Program-made: the position numbers and the translations under genes | Shown: in pieces, positions 34,440 to 47,565 of the stretch | Layout: every line of letters starts with the position of its first letter | How positions within the stretch are numbered: the stretch's first letter is position 1 | Assembly: GCA_030704615.1 (NCBI GenBank) | Contig: CM060733.1 | Location: 50,344,001-50,408,000 of the forward strand | Length of the DNA: 64,000 nt | Direction: 5' to 3' | From: Takakia lepidozioides | Lineage: Eukaryota; Plantae; Bryophyta | Notes under the pieces: generated by a model | The model's input: the letters and a program-made list of their open reading frames with translations, nothing else | Told to the model about the DNA's origin: nothing | The model's database searches: none

Positions 34440-37400
34440 TCATGGGGTCGGGCAAGCCGAAGCGAAAGCGGAACGGCCCAAAAGATGATGATCCCGGTGA
34501 GCCCGATGGGGGCGACGTGTCACCGAGGCGGCCGTTTGAGGAAGCGATGCATGTTCCCAAAAACGAGGCTGCTCAAGAGCGGGAGGAATCCGAGGAGTCG
34601 GAGCCCGAGGAATCCTTGAGAGCTCCGACAAACCAAGAGATGCCTCCCATGCCGGCAGCCTTTTGAGAGGGTTGTTGGCGCAGTTTGGCGGGACGTTGAA
34701 AGACGTGTTGAAGGCGGCTAATGCCACTTCCACTAAGGCCAAGTTTAAGGTGAAGCCTAAGGAACCCGGCACCTTGAGGGCGTCCGAAATGGAAGGCACT
34801 CAACACCTGGCTCCTGGAGCTAGAGCAGTACTTCCGGGCGGCCAAGTTGAGTGACGAGGATCGGGTGGAAGTGGCTCCCACCTATTTGAGGGGCTATGCT
34901 CAACAATGGTGGCAGAAACGCCTTCACGACCGAGGTCCAAGCCCGGAAACCTTGAACTGGAGTGGGTTCAAGGAATTGATGAAGAGACAGTTTGTGCCCC
35001 TCAACGCGTCCTGGCTTGCCCGGACAAGATGAGGAATTTGAAGCAAACAGATGACATTCGGGGGTATGTCCAGGCTTTCAATGTGCTGTTGCTCGAAGTC
35101 GCGGACATGGCAGAACCAGAAATGGTCTTCAACTTTGTGGCGGGACTGGCCCCATGGGCCAGGCGGAAGTTGGAGGAGAAGCCACCCAAGACTTTGAACG
35201 AGGCAATTGAGAGGGCTGAATGTTTCTCGGATGTCCCTAGGGGTGAGAGACAAGGCCGTACGGAGCTGAACCACAAGAAGACCGGCGGGAAGGTGACTCC
35301 TCCCGACCGGAAAAGAAGTGGGATAGGCCACGCGGCGACAATGGCACGTGGAAATCGAAGGGAGGGCCTTCACACGTCAAGGCGGCACCCGGTGCTTCGA
35401 AAGGAAAAGCGGGTGGAGCGGCTTATGGCGGACAGAAGGCGACCTTTGATGGAGTGTGTTTCAATTGCGGGGAGCCCGGGCACATGGCCAAGAAGTGCAC
35501 GAAGCCCCGGCAATTGAACATGACTCGGGCGACCACGGAGCTGTCGGAAGATACCATCAGTCGCTTGGTGGAAGCGGTGGTCGCCAGGACTTGCAAGGTA
35601 GGCAAATTTTCTTGTGAGTTGTATCAGGAAACTGGCGCCTTACGAAAAGGGAGTCAGTTATTGTTCGTGGATGGGATAATATCCGGAACTAATGTGTCGT
35701 TGTTGGTGGACACAGGAGCGTCGCACTCCTTCATGACACCGGCAACGGCACAAAAGCTGGGACTCCCGACAAGTGACGTGGGGGCCTCTATTGAGGTGCG
35801 TTCTGCCAAAGGAGAACCACAGTTGGTGACAAGGTTGGCGTTTGATGTTCCTCTTCAACTGGGGAGTTGGGAGGGACGTGAGAACTTCACCATCTGCGAG
35901 ATCGATGGAGTAGATCTCATTTTGGGGATGACCTTTTTGAGCAAATCCGGAGCGGTCATAGATGGCCGCAAGAGAGTAGTCACGCTGCCATGTGGGAATG
36001 GTGGTGAGGTCTTACGAGTGTCGGAAACGCCCAAATCCGTGGGAGGGCGAATAAACCTTCTGTCAGCAAGGGAGTGGGCCGTGGAGGAGGTACACGAACC
36101 CCAGTTTTTGCTTTACATTAGAGAAGTGAAGGGAGAAGGCGATGGGGAGCCGAGCCCAGATTGGATCAAGGGGATTTTGGAGAAATACCAGGATGTGATG
36201 CCGGAGGATTTACCAAGCGGCTTGCCACCGCGAAGAGGAGTTGACCACAAGATTGAGGTGATACCGGGAACGGAACCGCCTGCCAAGGCACCCTACCGGT
36301 TGAGCCACAGGGAGTTGGTCGAGCTGAAGACTCAGCTCAAGGATCTAATGTCAAAGGGGTACATCCGGCCGAGTAAGTCACCTTACGGAGCCCCGGTGCT
36401 ATTCGCAGACAAGAAGGATGGGACGCTGCGGATGTGTGTCGATTACGGGCTCTGAATAAGGTGACTATAAAAAACCGGTACCCTTTGCCAAGGATCGACG
36501 ACCTCTTCGATCGGTTGGCAGGAGCGAAGTATTTCAGCCGGATCGACTTGCGCTCCGGCTATCATCAAATTCGGGTGGCGGAAGGAGATGAGGAGAAGAC
36601 CGCGTGCAGGACAAGGTATGGTTCATATGAGTTCTTGGTGATGCCTTTTGGGCTCACCAATGCACCAGCGACATTTAGCACGCTGATGAACAGCTTTTTC
36701 AGGAGTGGTTGGATGACTTTGTGATCGTGTACATCGACGACATCTTGGTGTACTCGAAAACAAAGGAGGAGCACTGGAGCACCTCAAAAGGGTGTTCCAA
36801 AATTGCGAGAAGGGAAGCTGTATGCCAAAGCTTCAAAGTGCGAATTCAAGGTCACGAAAGTGGAGTTCTTGGGGCATGTGATTACACAGGATGGGATCAA
36901 AATGGATGACAGAAAGGTGAGGGCAATCTTGGACTGGGAGCCTCCGACTTCGGTCCCGGGAGTGCGATCCTTCCTAGGACTCGCCTCCTATTACCGGAAG
37001 TATGTGAGAAATTTCGCCAAGATCGCGGGGCCGCTGTCGGACCTTCTGTGTAAATTCAAAGTCTGGGTATGGAATACATTTTGTGGCCAAGCTTTTGCTG
37101 AATTGAAGCAGCGGATGGCGGAAGCTCCAGTCTTGAAAATCCCGGAGTTCAATCGTCCATTTGAGATTCATACAGATGCGTCGGACTTCGCGATTGGGGG
37201 TGTACTTATGCAAGATGGACGTCCAGTGGCTTACGAAAGTAAGAAACTGAATGAAGTGGAGCGACGGTGGCCGACGCACGAAAAAGAGATGAAGGCGGTG
37301 GTGCATTGCTCGAGCTTTGGCGCCACTATGTTGGTTCCAACCCAGTGAAGGTGTTCACGGAAAATGTCACAGTGAAGTATTTTGCCACGCAGCCCAAGTT

Positions 37401-37634
37401 GTCCCCAAAACAACTTAGGTGGCAAGATATTTTGGCGGTGTTCGACGTGGATATCCAGTACAAAGCGGGACGGGACAATGTGGTGGCCGATGCTTTAAGT
37501 AGAAAGCAGCAGCTCCTGTTGGTGTACAGGGGCGAGACGACACTCCAAAGGAAGATCCGGAAGGCTTGCCGGAAGGATGAGCTGGCGAAGTCCGTGATGC
37601 AGGACTTGAGGATGGGGTTAAATCGCAGTTCCAC
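34440..37634 (+). pseudogene. Gypsy D gag, protease, RT and RNase H (many 1-bp frameshifts)
   Basis: CFNCGEPGHMAKKC; LVDTGASH; IDLRSGYHQ; YIDD; HTDASDFAIG; VADALSR. Confidence 0.9.
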
Positions 37635-38993
37635 TTGCAAAATGGACTGCTCCAGTATAAGCAAAAGCGTCTCTACGTGCCGAAGGGAGGGATCAGAGAT
37701 AGCCTCTTGAGAGAATGCCATGATAGCCCGCTTGCGGGCCACGGCAGAGCCAAGCGCACTGCGACACTCTTGAAGAAAGAGTATTTCTGGCCCAAACTGA
37801 GGGAGGAGGCAGAGGAGTATGTCAAGACATGCACCACATGCCAACAAAACCGGAGTGAGTACAAAAAGCAAGCGGGGCTGTTACAACCTTTGCCGATTCT
37901 AGAGGGGACTTGGGAAAGCGTCTCGATGGATTTCATGACTGCTATGCCGCTGTCAAAAGGATTCGATGCAATCGTGGTGGTGGTGGATAGGTTCAGTAAA
38001 ATGGGCCATTTCATCCCCACCAAGGAGACGGCAATGGCGCAGGAGACAGGGCGACTTTACTTCGCCCACGTCTTAAAGCATCATGGAGTCCCGAAGGATA
38101 TTGTCTCGGATCGCAATCCAAAGTTTACGAGTAAATTTTGGAGGACACTTTGGAAGAAGATGGGGACGAGGCTGAAGATGAGCACCGCCTTCCGACCTAC
38201 GATGGACGGCCAAACGGAAAGAGTGAATTCCGTAGTGAAGCAATTCTTGCGGAATTACGTGTCGGCAAACCAATTAGACTGGATGGAACACTTAGACGCG
38301 GCAGAGTTCTGTTATAATAACACAGAACACTCCGCAACGGGAGTTTCCCCTTTCGTATTGGTCTATGGAAAAGCACCTCTGGTGCCGACAAGTTGGGCCG
38401 CCCAGGACGTTGAGGAACCGACAGTAGCGGCGGTACTGGAAGAACGCGAGCGTTTGTTGAAGCTCGTAAAGTACAATATTGCCAAAGCTAGGAAACGGTA
38501 TGAAAGGCAGGCGAATCGGAAGCGGAGGGAAGTGAAGTTTGAGGCAGGCACAGAGGTCTGGTTGAACATCAAGAATTTCCGACTACCTCCGGAAGTGAGT
38601 CCGAAGTTCGTACCTCCGTATGCGGGACCCTTTCGCATTCGGAAGGTTATGAATGAGGATGTGTATGAATTGGAGCTGCCGGCAAACAGCAAGGTGCACC
38701 CAGTATTCCATGTCTCCATTTTGAAGCCTTACTTCAAAGATGAAGCACGTCTGAATCGGCATCAAGTGTTGCGTCCGCCACCTATGTTGTTGGATCATGA
38801 AAATGAACCTGAGTACGAGGTGGAGGCAATACTTAAATCGAGGAGGTTCAGGAACCAAGAAACGGAGTATCTCGTCAAATGGAAGGGCTATCATCATGTG
38901 GAGGCATCTTGGGTGCGTGCCTCAGAAATGGGAAACGCATCCGAGGCGGTTGCAGCTTTCGAAGGGCGACCTCAAAAGCGGAGGAAGCGTTGA
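37635..38993 (+). CDS. Gypsy D integrase with C-terminal chromodomain
   Basis: H..H..CTTC finger; SMDF, SDRN and GQTER; YAGPF; HPVFHVS; YEVEAILKSR..YLVKWKGY..ASW. Confidence 0.92.
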   Translation: MQNGLLQYKQKRLYVPKGGIRDSLLRECHDSPLAGHGRAKRTATLLKKEYFWPKLREEAEEYVKTCTTCQQNRSEYKKQAGLLQPLPILEGTWESVSMDFMTAMPLSKGFDAIVVVVDRFSKMGHFIPTKETAMAQETGRLYFAHVLKHHGVPKDIVSDRNPKFTSKFWRTLWKKMGTRLKMSTAFRPTMDGQTERVNSVVKQFLRNYVSANQLDWMEHLDAAEFCYNNTEHSATGVSPFVLVYGKAPLVPTSWAAQDVEEPTVAAVLEERERLLKLVKYNIAKARKRYERQANRKRREVKFEAGTEVWLNIKNFRLPPEVSPKFVPPYAGPFRIRKVMNEDVYELELPANSKVHPVFHVSILKPYFKDEARLNRHQVLRPPPMLLDHENEPEYEVEAILKSRRFRNQETEYLVKWKGYHHVEASWVRASEMGNASEAVAAFEGRPQKRRKR

Positions 38994-39281
38994 TGGGGAC
39001 ATCAACCTTGGAGCGTGGGGGAGGAAATGCATGCTTAGCCCGGCTTAGCTAGTTTAGGAATCCGATTACAAAAAACTTGTATTGTACAAAAATTTGTTAT
39101 AAAGGAAATGGGTTCCAAATGTTGTGCGTCCTATTTTGTTTGGAATGGTGATGCATGGTATGGTTGGCTAGTGTGTAGAATGCATGCTAGCTTATAAAAG
39201 TGGGAGAGGTAAATTGGGTTAATCGTGTGTTGCGTAGTGCCGAAATCGGGTGACCCCCATCCAAGGGGCAAGGAAACTTGC

Positions 39282-40361
39282 GAACTTGGAGGATAAAAAC
39301 AGAGAGAAGAAATTGGAAGAGGAAGAGTATGAAGAAGTAGACCCAACAGCTGAGGTTGAGACTACAACCAGGACATCCCAACCCGTTGGACCTGGATCAA
39401 GTGGAGCACTTGGATCACAGGCCAACGAAGGTGTCGGCTCAGGGGGATCAGGCGGGCTGCCTGGATCTGGCTCTGGGGGGACATGGAGTGTGGGAAGTAG
39501 TGCAACTGAAGCTGGGAATACTGTGAATATCGTGGGGCCAGAAGCAGGGAGTGCTCAAGGGCCACCACTTGGTGAAAGATCCACCACAACAACAAAAGGT
39601 CCTGAAGGACCAGCACCAGCAAGGGTGCCAGCACCTGTCAGTGGGCAGAAAGTAGGGCCACAGATGGCGTTACAACCAACACGGGCAAAACCACCTTTTC
39701 CAATATATTCAGGAAAAGGGATCCCGATGTACACATTAGCCAATTTGAGCACATGTGTATAGTGAACAATGAGAATGACGATGATGCCAAGATGAGATTG
39801 TTTCCTTGTTCACTTATAAAGAAAGCAAGTGAATGGTATGCAAGATTCCCTGATAATCATTTCCTAACCTGGAATGGCTTGAATACAGCATTCCGAAATA
39901 GGTTCAGGACAAGTAAAATTGAGGATGAAGTGTATGGAAGTTTACAACAGTTAAAGCAAAAGAAGCATGAAACTGTTGAGGAGTATATGGAAAAGATGGA
40001 ATTGATGATGAAAAAGCTGGCTGCAGTACCAGCACCAGGTTTACAGAAGACTTGGTTTGTGAGTGGACTAAGACCAGAGTTGCAAAAGAAAGTGGATATG
40101 TTACCCCATAATACAGTGGAGGAGGCATTTGAAACTGCAAACAGAATTGAGCAATTGGGAATGCTCAGGAGAGAGAAAAGGGATGATGAGGACTCTGAGG
40201 ATGAGTCAGATGAAGAAGAAGAGCAAGAACTAAAAAGGAAGAGTAAGAGAAAGGAGAAGTTGAAGAGGAATAACTATGAGAAAAGATTGGAAGAAATCTT
40301 GAAGAAGTATGCCACAGAGGCTGCAACACATTGGAGGAAGGGTGTATGGTGTGCAAAGTGC
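39282..40361 (+). repeat. Near-identical copy of the Gypsy B gag segment 18140-19221
   Basis: Colinear match from gaacttggagga to gtgcaaa(a/g)tgc. Confidence 0.93.
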
Positions 40362-40950
40362 GCACCTGGCGCGTGCGCGTACTATAACCGCGCTACCGAG
40401 GGGGTTGCCTTGTAGTGCGGGCTAACGCGGAAGCTACGTGCTTCCGTTCACGTACTATAATCGTGTAGCCTCGAGACGAAGTCGTAGTGCGGCTTCGGCG
40501 TGTTCCCGTACCTCAGGCCAGCATTCCAAGGCGGACCCAATTGTAGTGATTGGGGCGCACGGTTGGTTCAAGGTTATCTTCCTAGTCAAAGAGGGTTCCA
40601 GGTGAACCCTTGCTCAAGGTGATGCCAAAAGCAACATCATGAGCGATCGCAAGCAATGTTGTTGCAGTAAGGCAATTCGATCCTCGGGGAGGATCGTTCC
40701 TTGGCCTTGAAGTAGGCCAAGAAGAGTGCACTGGGAGGAGCTGGAGAGGCTCCACCCTTGGCCGGGACTTGGAGGAAGTCGGCCGAACTAGCTAGTGGAG
40801 AGTAGAGTCAAGTGTGGGGTTTGGTTCTTTGCCATGGGACGCCATGGTACAGAAACAAACTCCTTGATGTGGGACGCCACAACTTGGATGTTCGTTTCTA
40901 CAAAATGGACAAGTCGATGAGGACATCGACTCCCTGTTGGTAGGGGTGTG

Positions 40951-41674
40951 TGTCGCGGCCCTTTGCCTTGAGGGCAGGGGGTCGGGACACATGAGGGGCT
41001 GCCCCTGTGGTGGGGGCAGCGGCAGCGATAGGTATGGGGGCTGAAGCACCCTTGAGTGCCCAAGGCACTCAAGGAGGCGGAGGCGCTCACTAGGTGGAGC
41101 CCCGCACACCGGGTTGCGGTGGGGGTGGCTCCACAAGGGGTGGTGGTAGCTTAGCGGGACTTAGTGGGGGTGACATAGGACTCACCATGGGGGCGGAGAC
41201 CTCGTGGTGGGAGTCGTGGGGAGTCTTGGGACTCATCACGGTCCATAGGGGCCGTGGTGAGCGGGCCAAGACTCACCGCGACTCATCACCGGGAGTCGAG
41301 GGTTTTCGTGGTGGTTCCCCATAAAATGGCATGGCTGGTTGTGAAACCCCCGCGGACAGCTACAGAAGTATATATAGGAAGTAGTAACCCCGAGAACGGT
41401 GCAAGCCCGTTGGTGACCAAAAACTAGTGAGTAAGCGAGCGAGCCGGAAAGCGACCAAAGAGTGGGGAGCTGTTCCGGACTGCCATCTACCAAAGCGAAT
41501 TCCACTAGTCCCAAATAGGTGGAGGGTTTAGTGGGGAGCGAAGGGGGACCGTTATGTCCCGGTGAGCAGCCGAAGCTCCAAGTTGGCCCGGCGGCCAGGT
41601 TGGGAGTCAGGCGCGCGTATCAAAGCGAGTAACTATGACGTGAAGGGGAGCTTACCGAAGGGAGGTGTGCGACA
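40951..41674 (+). repeat. 3' LTR of Gypsy D
   Basis: Preceded by purine-rich ggtaggggtg; matches the 5' LTR. Confidence 0.93.
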
Positions 41675-44420
41675 CTGCCTTTGCATCCTCGATGGACCCA
41701 CATTTGGCATAAAAGTCCACAGAATCACATTTGGTACAATTCCAGCTATGGTGATGTCACCATGCACCTCTTTGCCCTTTTCTAGGGCTGCTAGGCTTGC
41801 ACAAGCATTGCGAACGCATACAAACGTGATGTGGTTGCACTTCACCCCTTCCCCCATCAATTGCTCATACGTCTCCAAGGCCTCCATCTCGCGCCCCTGC
41901 TGTGCATACCCTGCAAGCAATATCGTGTTCCACGACACCAAATCTCGTTCAGCCATAGTGTTGAACAATCCATTTGCATCCTCAATGCTCCCACATTTGG
42001 CATACATGTCCACCAGGGCAGAGTTCTGAATGACATTAGGTACAATTCCAGCTTTGACAATGTCACCATGGACCTCTTTGCCCTTTTCCAGGGCTGCCGC
42101 AAACGCACACAAATGTGACATGGTTGGGCTTCACCCCTTCGCAGATCATTTGCTCATAGGTCTCCAAAGCCTCCATCCCGTGCCCTTGCTGTGCATATCC
42201 TGCAATCATCGCACTGGACACAACACCACATCTCGTTCAGCCATATTGTCGAACACTCCCTTTGCATGCTCGATGCTCCCACATTTGGCATACATGGCCA
42301 CCAGGGTATTGTTCAGGATCACATCTGGTACGATTCTAGCTCTGACGATGTCGCCATGCACCTCTTTGCCCTTTTGCAGGGCTGTCAGGCTTTCACACAC
42401 ACTGCAAACGCACACAAACGTGATGTGGTTGGGCTTCACCCCTTCCCCCATCATTTGCTCATAGGTCTCCAAAGCCTCCATCCCGCGCCGCTGCTGTGCA
42501 TATCCTGCGAGCATCGCACTCCATGACACCACATTTCGTTCAGCCATATTGTCGAACACTCCCTTTGCATCCTCAATGCACCCACATTTGGCATACATGT
42601 CCACCAGGGCAGTATTCAGGATGACATCTGGTAGGATTCCAGCTCTCACGATGTCGCCATGCACCTCTTTGCCCTTTTCCAGGGCTGCCAGGCTTGCACA
42701 CGCACTGCAAACGCTCACAAACGTGATGTGGTTGGGCTTCACCACTTCCCCCATCATTTGCTCATAGGTCTCCAAAGCATTCCTACTACACCCATGTTTG
42801 GTAAATCCTGCCAACATTATAGTCCACGTGATCAAAGATCGTTGAGGCATTCTGTTAAACACTTGGTGAGCATCCATGATGCTCCCGCACTTAACATACA
42901 TGTTGACAAGGGTGTTGAGGAGAAAAACATTTGGCGTGAATCCACTTTGGATAATGTGAGTGTGCACCTGCTTTCCAACTTCCAGGCCTTTCACCTTGAT
43001 GCACTTATGCAAGAGACAGACATGTGTTTCTAAATCTGCTGAAATGCCTCCTTGGTTTAAAGTTTGTAGAGCCTCTTTCAATCTAGAAATGCCAGAAGAG
43101 GCATTGTGGATTCCCTCTCTTGATCCTCTTCCAGAAGCTGTGGTCATGGTTGAGGTGCCTGATTTTATCAACTGTGATGTTGCAGCTGCTGCCTTTAGTT
43201 GACCATCTACCCATGCAGGTTTCTTGTAGCTATTGATCCTAGCTAGTGCCTTGTTCTATCAATGTGCTGTTGCCGCTGTTGTTTCCAGTTGACCATCTAC
43301 CCTCTTGTAGCTGCTGTGCTATTGAAGAAGGTGCCCCCTTTCCCCATCATTTGATCATAGGTCTCCAAAGCCTCCATACCATGTCCCTGCTGTGCATACC
43401 CTACAAGCATCACGTCCCATGACACCACATCTCGTTCAGCCATAGTGTTGACAACTCCCTTTGCATCCTTAATGCACCACATTTGGCATACATGTCCACC
43501 AGGGCAGTGTTCAGAATGACATCTGGTACAATTCCAGCTTTGATGATGTCACCATGGACCTCATTCCCATTTTCCAAAGGTCTCAAGCTTGCACACGCTT
43601 TTGCAAACACAAGCACCCACGCGTGGTAAATCCTTCCAGCATTATATTCCATGAGATCAAAGATCGTTGAGGCATTCTGTTGAAAACTTGGTGAGCATTC
43701 ATGATGCTCCTGCACTTGACATACAGGTTGACAAGGGTGTTGAGGAGAAAAATAGTTGGCGTGAGTCCACTTTGGATCATAATGTGAGTGTGCACCTGCT
43801 TTCCAGCTTCCAGACCTTTCCTCTTGATGCACTTAAGCAAGAGACAGACATACTTATCTAAATATGCTGAAATTCCTCATTGGTTTAAAGTCTGTAGAGC
43901 CTCATTTAGTCTGCCTGCCTCACAAAGCATCTTGACAGGCCTAGAAGTGCCAGAACAGGCATTATGGACTCCCTCTCTTGATCCTCTTCCAGAAGCTGTG
44001 GTCATGGTTGAGGTGCCTGATTTGATCAGCTTTGGTATAATACTGCCAAAGTGACAACACAGAAGTATCCAGAAACAGGTTCCAAGCTTGGTTATTTGTG
44101 CCGCTGCTACCGCGGCTTCCAATTGACCATCTACCCATGCAGGTTTCTTGTAGCTATCCCTCCACAAGGAATCATGTGTGATCTGGAGCTTGAAATCCGG
44201 CCTGCTTCGATGAATTTCAACCCACACTCTATCCCTGCTCCTTCATTCCAGAGCTTCTCCTAGTTTCTGTTATCTGTTTTCAATACTTTCCTATTGCCAC
44301 ATAGGCAGTAACATGTCAAAATCACTTCAAAACCCCCGGTACCATAGATCCACCAAGAGCTAACTTGCAGAATTCAACATGAAAATTAGGGACAACTCTG
44401 ATAACAGGGAAAACAGGCTG
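41675..44420 (-). pseudogene. Two decayed PLS-class PPR gene units, each preceded by an OSB-type PDF motif remnant
   Basis: Repeating ALVDMYAKCGSIEDA..F..M.ERDVVSW..M..GYAQ; PDFKLQITHDSLWRDSYKKPAWVDGQL at ~44110-44220; the longest intact ORF is 42206..43171. Confidence 0.88.
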
Positions 44421-45809
44421 AAATGCATTGAAGAAGGTGCCTCCGTTACCGCTGCCTGGTTCTATCAATCGAGTCTGATGGGAGGGGAAAACAGGCTGAA
44501 ATAGGTCAAAGAAGAAGGTGCTCTCACCACAGTGTCCTCGACCTTGTGTCATGACCCATGGAGGATTTGACTGACCATGAACCTAAGAGAACCTCTTGTG
44601 TGTGCTGCTTGTGTCTGTAGTCAGGTAATGTCTGATTGGTCTGTGAGAACCACCACGGTGCAACTGAGCAGGCATAAATTAAAGCACAGCCTACTAAGAC
44701 CAAGCTGACTCTTCCAAGAACCTTGTAAACATCAGGAAGGCTTTGGTACTAACAGAATCCAAGAGCCCACATTTGCAGGATGGACAAACTTCTTCACATC
44801 GTACATTAAGAAAAACCCACACCTTGAGATTGTGGTTGTCCCACCATCGTGAAGGATCTTTAAAACTCAAGCCAGCTTTGCTCCGTGCTGCAAATTCAGG
44901 GATGAGTCTGATGAGAGCGCAAAACAGGCTGAAATAGGTCGAAGAAGAAAGCCCTCACCACATTGTCCTCGACGTAAGACCAAGCTGACTCTCCCCAGAA
45001 CGGCGAGCTCTCAGCCGACACCTAGTCTTCGCATACATAGTACCCTAGCGTTTGTTGGGTTGCTTGCTTTTTCAGATGCGAAGGTTGCTCCAACTGCGGG
45101 CCTCCCATGTTTGCCCTCCCTCCCGCTTGCGGCTCTAAGTCCCAACCCTCTGTTCACAGCTACCGGGATGGGCAACTATTTAAAAAAATTAACCTTTTGC
45201 AAACCCTATAAGCAATTTTTGCAAAAAAAAATTAAACCTTTTGCACTTTGATCTTTAAACCTTTTGCACTCTGCAACAAGTTTTAAAGGTACCATTTACT
45301 AGCTCTACCCTGTTTTCATTTTACAATGTTGAATGATTCATATTTATGTCCCTGCACTGATATAGTCACACTTAATTTGACTCCCTTCAATCATAATATG
45401 AGGACTGTTAAGCTTGCATTGCATTCAGTTTACATTGCAAAGTGCGACGACCACCTCTTCGTCTTTCCGAGGGCAGATTTCTGAAGTTCATGATTTATTC
45501 CATTTGCAGCGGAGTACTAACTAAACCCATACACCACAATCAGTGGAAATAATTGTATGGTCCCATTTCACACAGGTGTGTAAACATGCCAATGTAAACT
45601 AAGCCAACCCCTGCCACGCTCATGGCTGTTTTCACACTGTTCTTGTCTGGGGTGTGGACCACTTGCGTGACACCCCACAGTTAGGGCATATTCAGACCCA
45701 CACCTTGGCTCAGTCTACAGACCCGTGATAAAAGCCGTAGCATGTGCCAGATGTGAGATGACATACCCGTGGAAAAAGCCGGTTTTTCTTCTAGTGACAT
45801 GTCCTTCCC

Positions 45810-46625
45810 ATGGGCATGCGGGCACCACATGCAAGTCTTCCATCCTCTAGTATAGGACCAGCCATTGGTGGGGTTAATCAAAGTACTGCATCTGCTGTCA
45901 ATCCTATACATGCTGCCAGTACCTCTTCTGTTCCTACTCAGGCCACTGTTCCCTGCTGCGTTGCTCATGCATCTGTTCTTCCTGGGCACATAAATCACAG
46001 TCTGCCTTGTCATCTGATCCCTCAGCTCACCACTCAACCCTATCCAGAGTATACTATGGGGGAAGACTTTGATACGTACCTTCAAATGTTTGAAGTCATT
46101 GCTAGTGTAAATGGAGTGCCTGAGAACTTAAAGATGGCCATCTTTAGGATGAGCATGAAGGGGTCAGCTCGGGACTTGCTGCATGCAGCAGTCATGGATG
46201 ATCCCAGCCTCAATTGGGCGACCCTTATAGAATGGGCTGAGACCTTGTTCAAGCCTCCTGAAAGACCTCTAGACTGCTTTGCTAAGCGCTCTTCCAGGAC
46301 TTACCAGCCTGGAGAATCCCTGTGGCAATTTTACATGGACATCAAGTTTGCTCCTGTTGAGAAAATCATTGACCCAGCAGAGAGAGATCGCATGGTCAAA
46401 AGGTATTTTCTCCTTGGGTTGCCCCCTGCTATTCAAAATTGGGCTCAGCTCGTCATTTTATCAATGACAAAAAAGATCACCTTATTATCCATACCGTCCA
46501 ATTCTTACGACAAATCTTGGAATTCTAGAAATCTACTCCAGAATTCTGTCCAAGAATCCCCCACTAGAATACAAAGGAAATCACACCAGAAATTGATTAT
46601 CTCTGTTCGTTTCGTTATGCACTAA
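45810..46625 (+). pseudogene. Retrotransposon gag-like ORF
   Basis: YPEYTMGEDFDTYLQMFE..KMAIFRMSMKGSARD..W..YQPGESLWQF..YFLLGLP. Confidence 0.6.
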
Positions 46626-46859
46626 TTAACTCCATCTTTTCTCAACAGGCGGGGATGCAGCACGATACCTTCATCAATTTTCCTCCGTACAAGGTACTTT
46701 CTTGAACCTCCACTTGGCAGTCGACGTTCCTCTTTTTAGCAAAATTAACCCTCATCTTGAAACGTTCCAAGCCCACAACATTGTGGATTTTGCCATTTTC
46801 TGCACAATCGTGTTGATCTTCCATACACTCAATTATTCTGGGTCACTTCAAGTTCCTGA

Positions 46860-47565
46860 CAGACCGTTTGTGGTGCCTCGGCCTGGAGTCTTCTAGTTTC
46901 TGGACCTTGCATTGAAGCATTTTCACATGGCCATTTGGTCGTGTGCTGATAGAGGTGTTCTTTGTAGGATGTTGGAGAGCTTCGTCCCCACGAAAATAAC
47001 GAAGAAGTTTTGCTTCATATGGTCTGCTGAGGATTGTAAGGATACCACCGGTTATATCAGGCCCGGGATGAAATATCTCGTGAAGGATATTCAAAGTGTT
47101 ATTGTCAGGTACCCTGGTAGACTATTTGCTACGCAGGGGCAAATACTTCTTGTAGATGATGAGCCATCAAAAGAGCTACGAAACCCACAAAATACTGGAT
47201 TCTTCCCTTTCTCATTCAAGCCTTCACCAAACGGATTGCATGACCGGGATGATATGACAAAAGCAGTGTGGCCATATATATGGGAGATGGCTAGAGCTTC
47301 AACAGTCGTTGATTACATTAGCGAGAACCGGACAAAGTGTTCTCATAAGCCTATTGGTCGAGACCATGCCTGCTGGGCCTGGTATGGAAGATATCTTGAT
47401 CCTCGTGTTTGGATCCCACAACAAAAGGAACCTGATTACCTTGGTAGGCACGTGGATCCCACTGTTTTGTTGTTTGTTAAGAATTTGATTTTCCAGTTCT
47501 TTTGCATTTGCATTTGCACTCTTACCTCAACAAATCCATATGCAAAACTTCCACTTTGGGCCTAA
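46860..47565 (+). pseudogene. FCP1/NIF-type HAD phosphatase fragment (stop at 46894-46896)
   Basis: RPGVF*FL..HFHMAIWS..FIWSAEDC..VKDI..LLVDDEPSKELRNPQNT; no DxDxT motif seen. Confidence 0.7.

Larger units (their letters stand above)
33663..41674 (+). mobile_element. Chromovirus (Gypsy D) with two LTRs
   Basis: 724-bp LTRs TGTCGC...GCGACA at 33663-34386 and 40951-41674; PBS; gag-pol ending in a chromodomain. Confidence 0.93.

Noticed and set aside
34440-37634. Programmed frameshifting in Gypsy D
   Set aside because: There are too many scattered 1-bp shifts within domains; decay or sequencing indels are more likely.
45001-45026. Helitron 3' end (cggcgagctctcagccg..CTAGT)
   Set aside because: The hairpin is imperfect and only 4 nt from CTAG, and no 5' end supports it.
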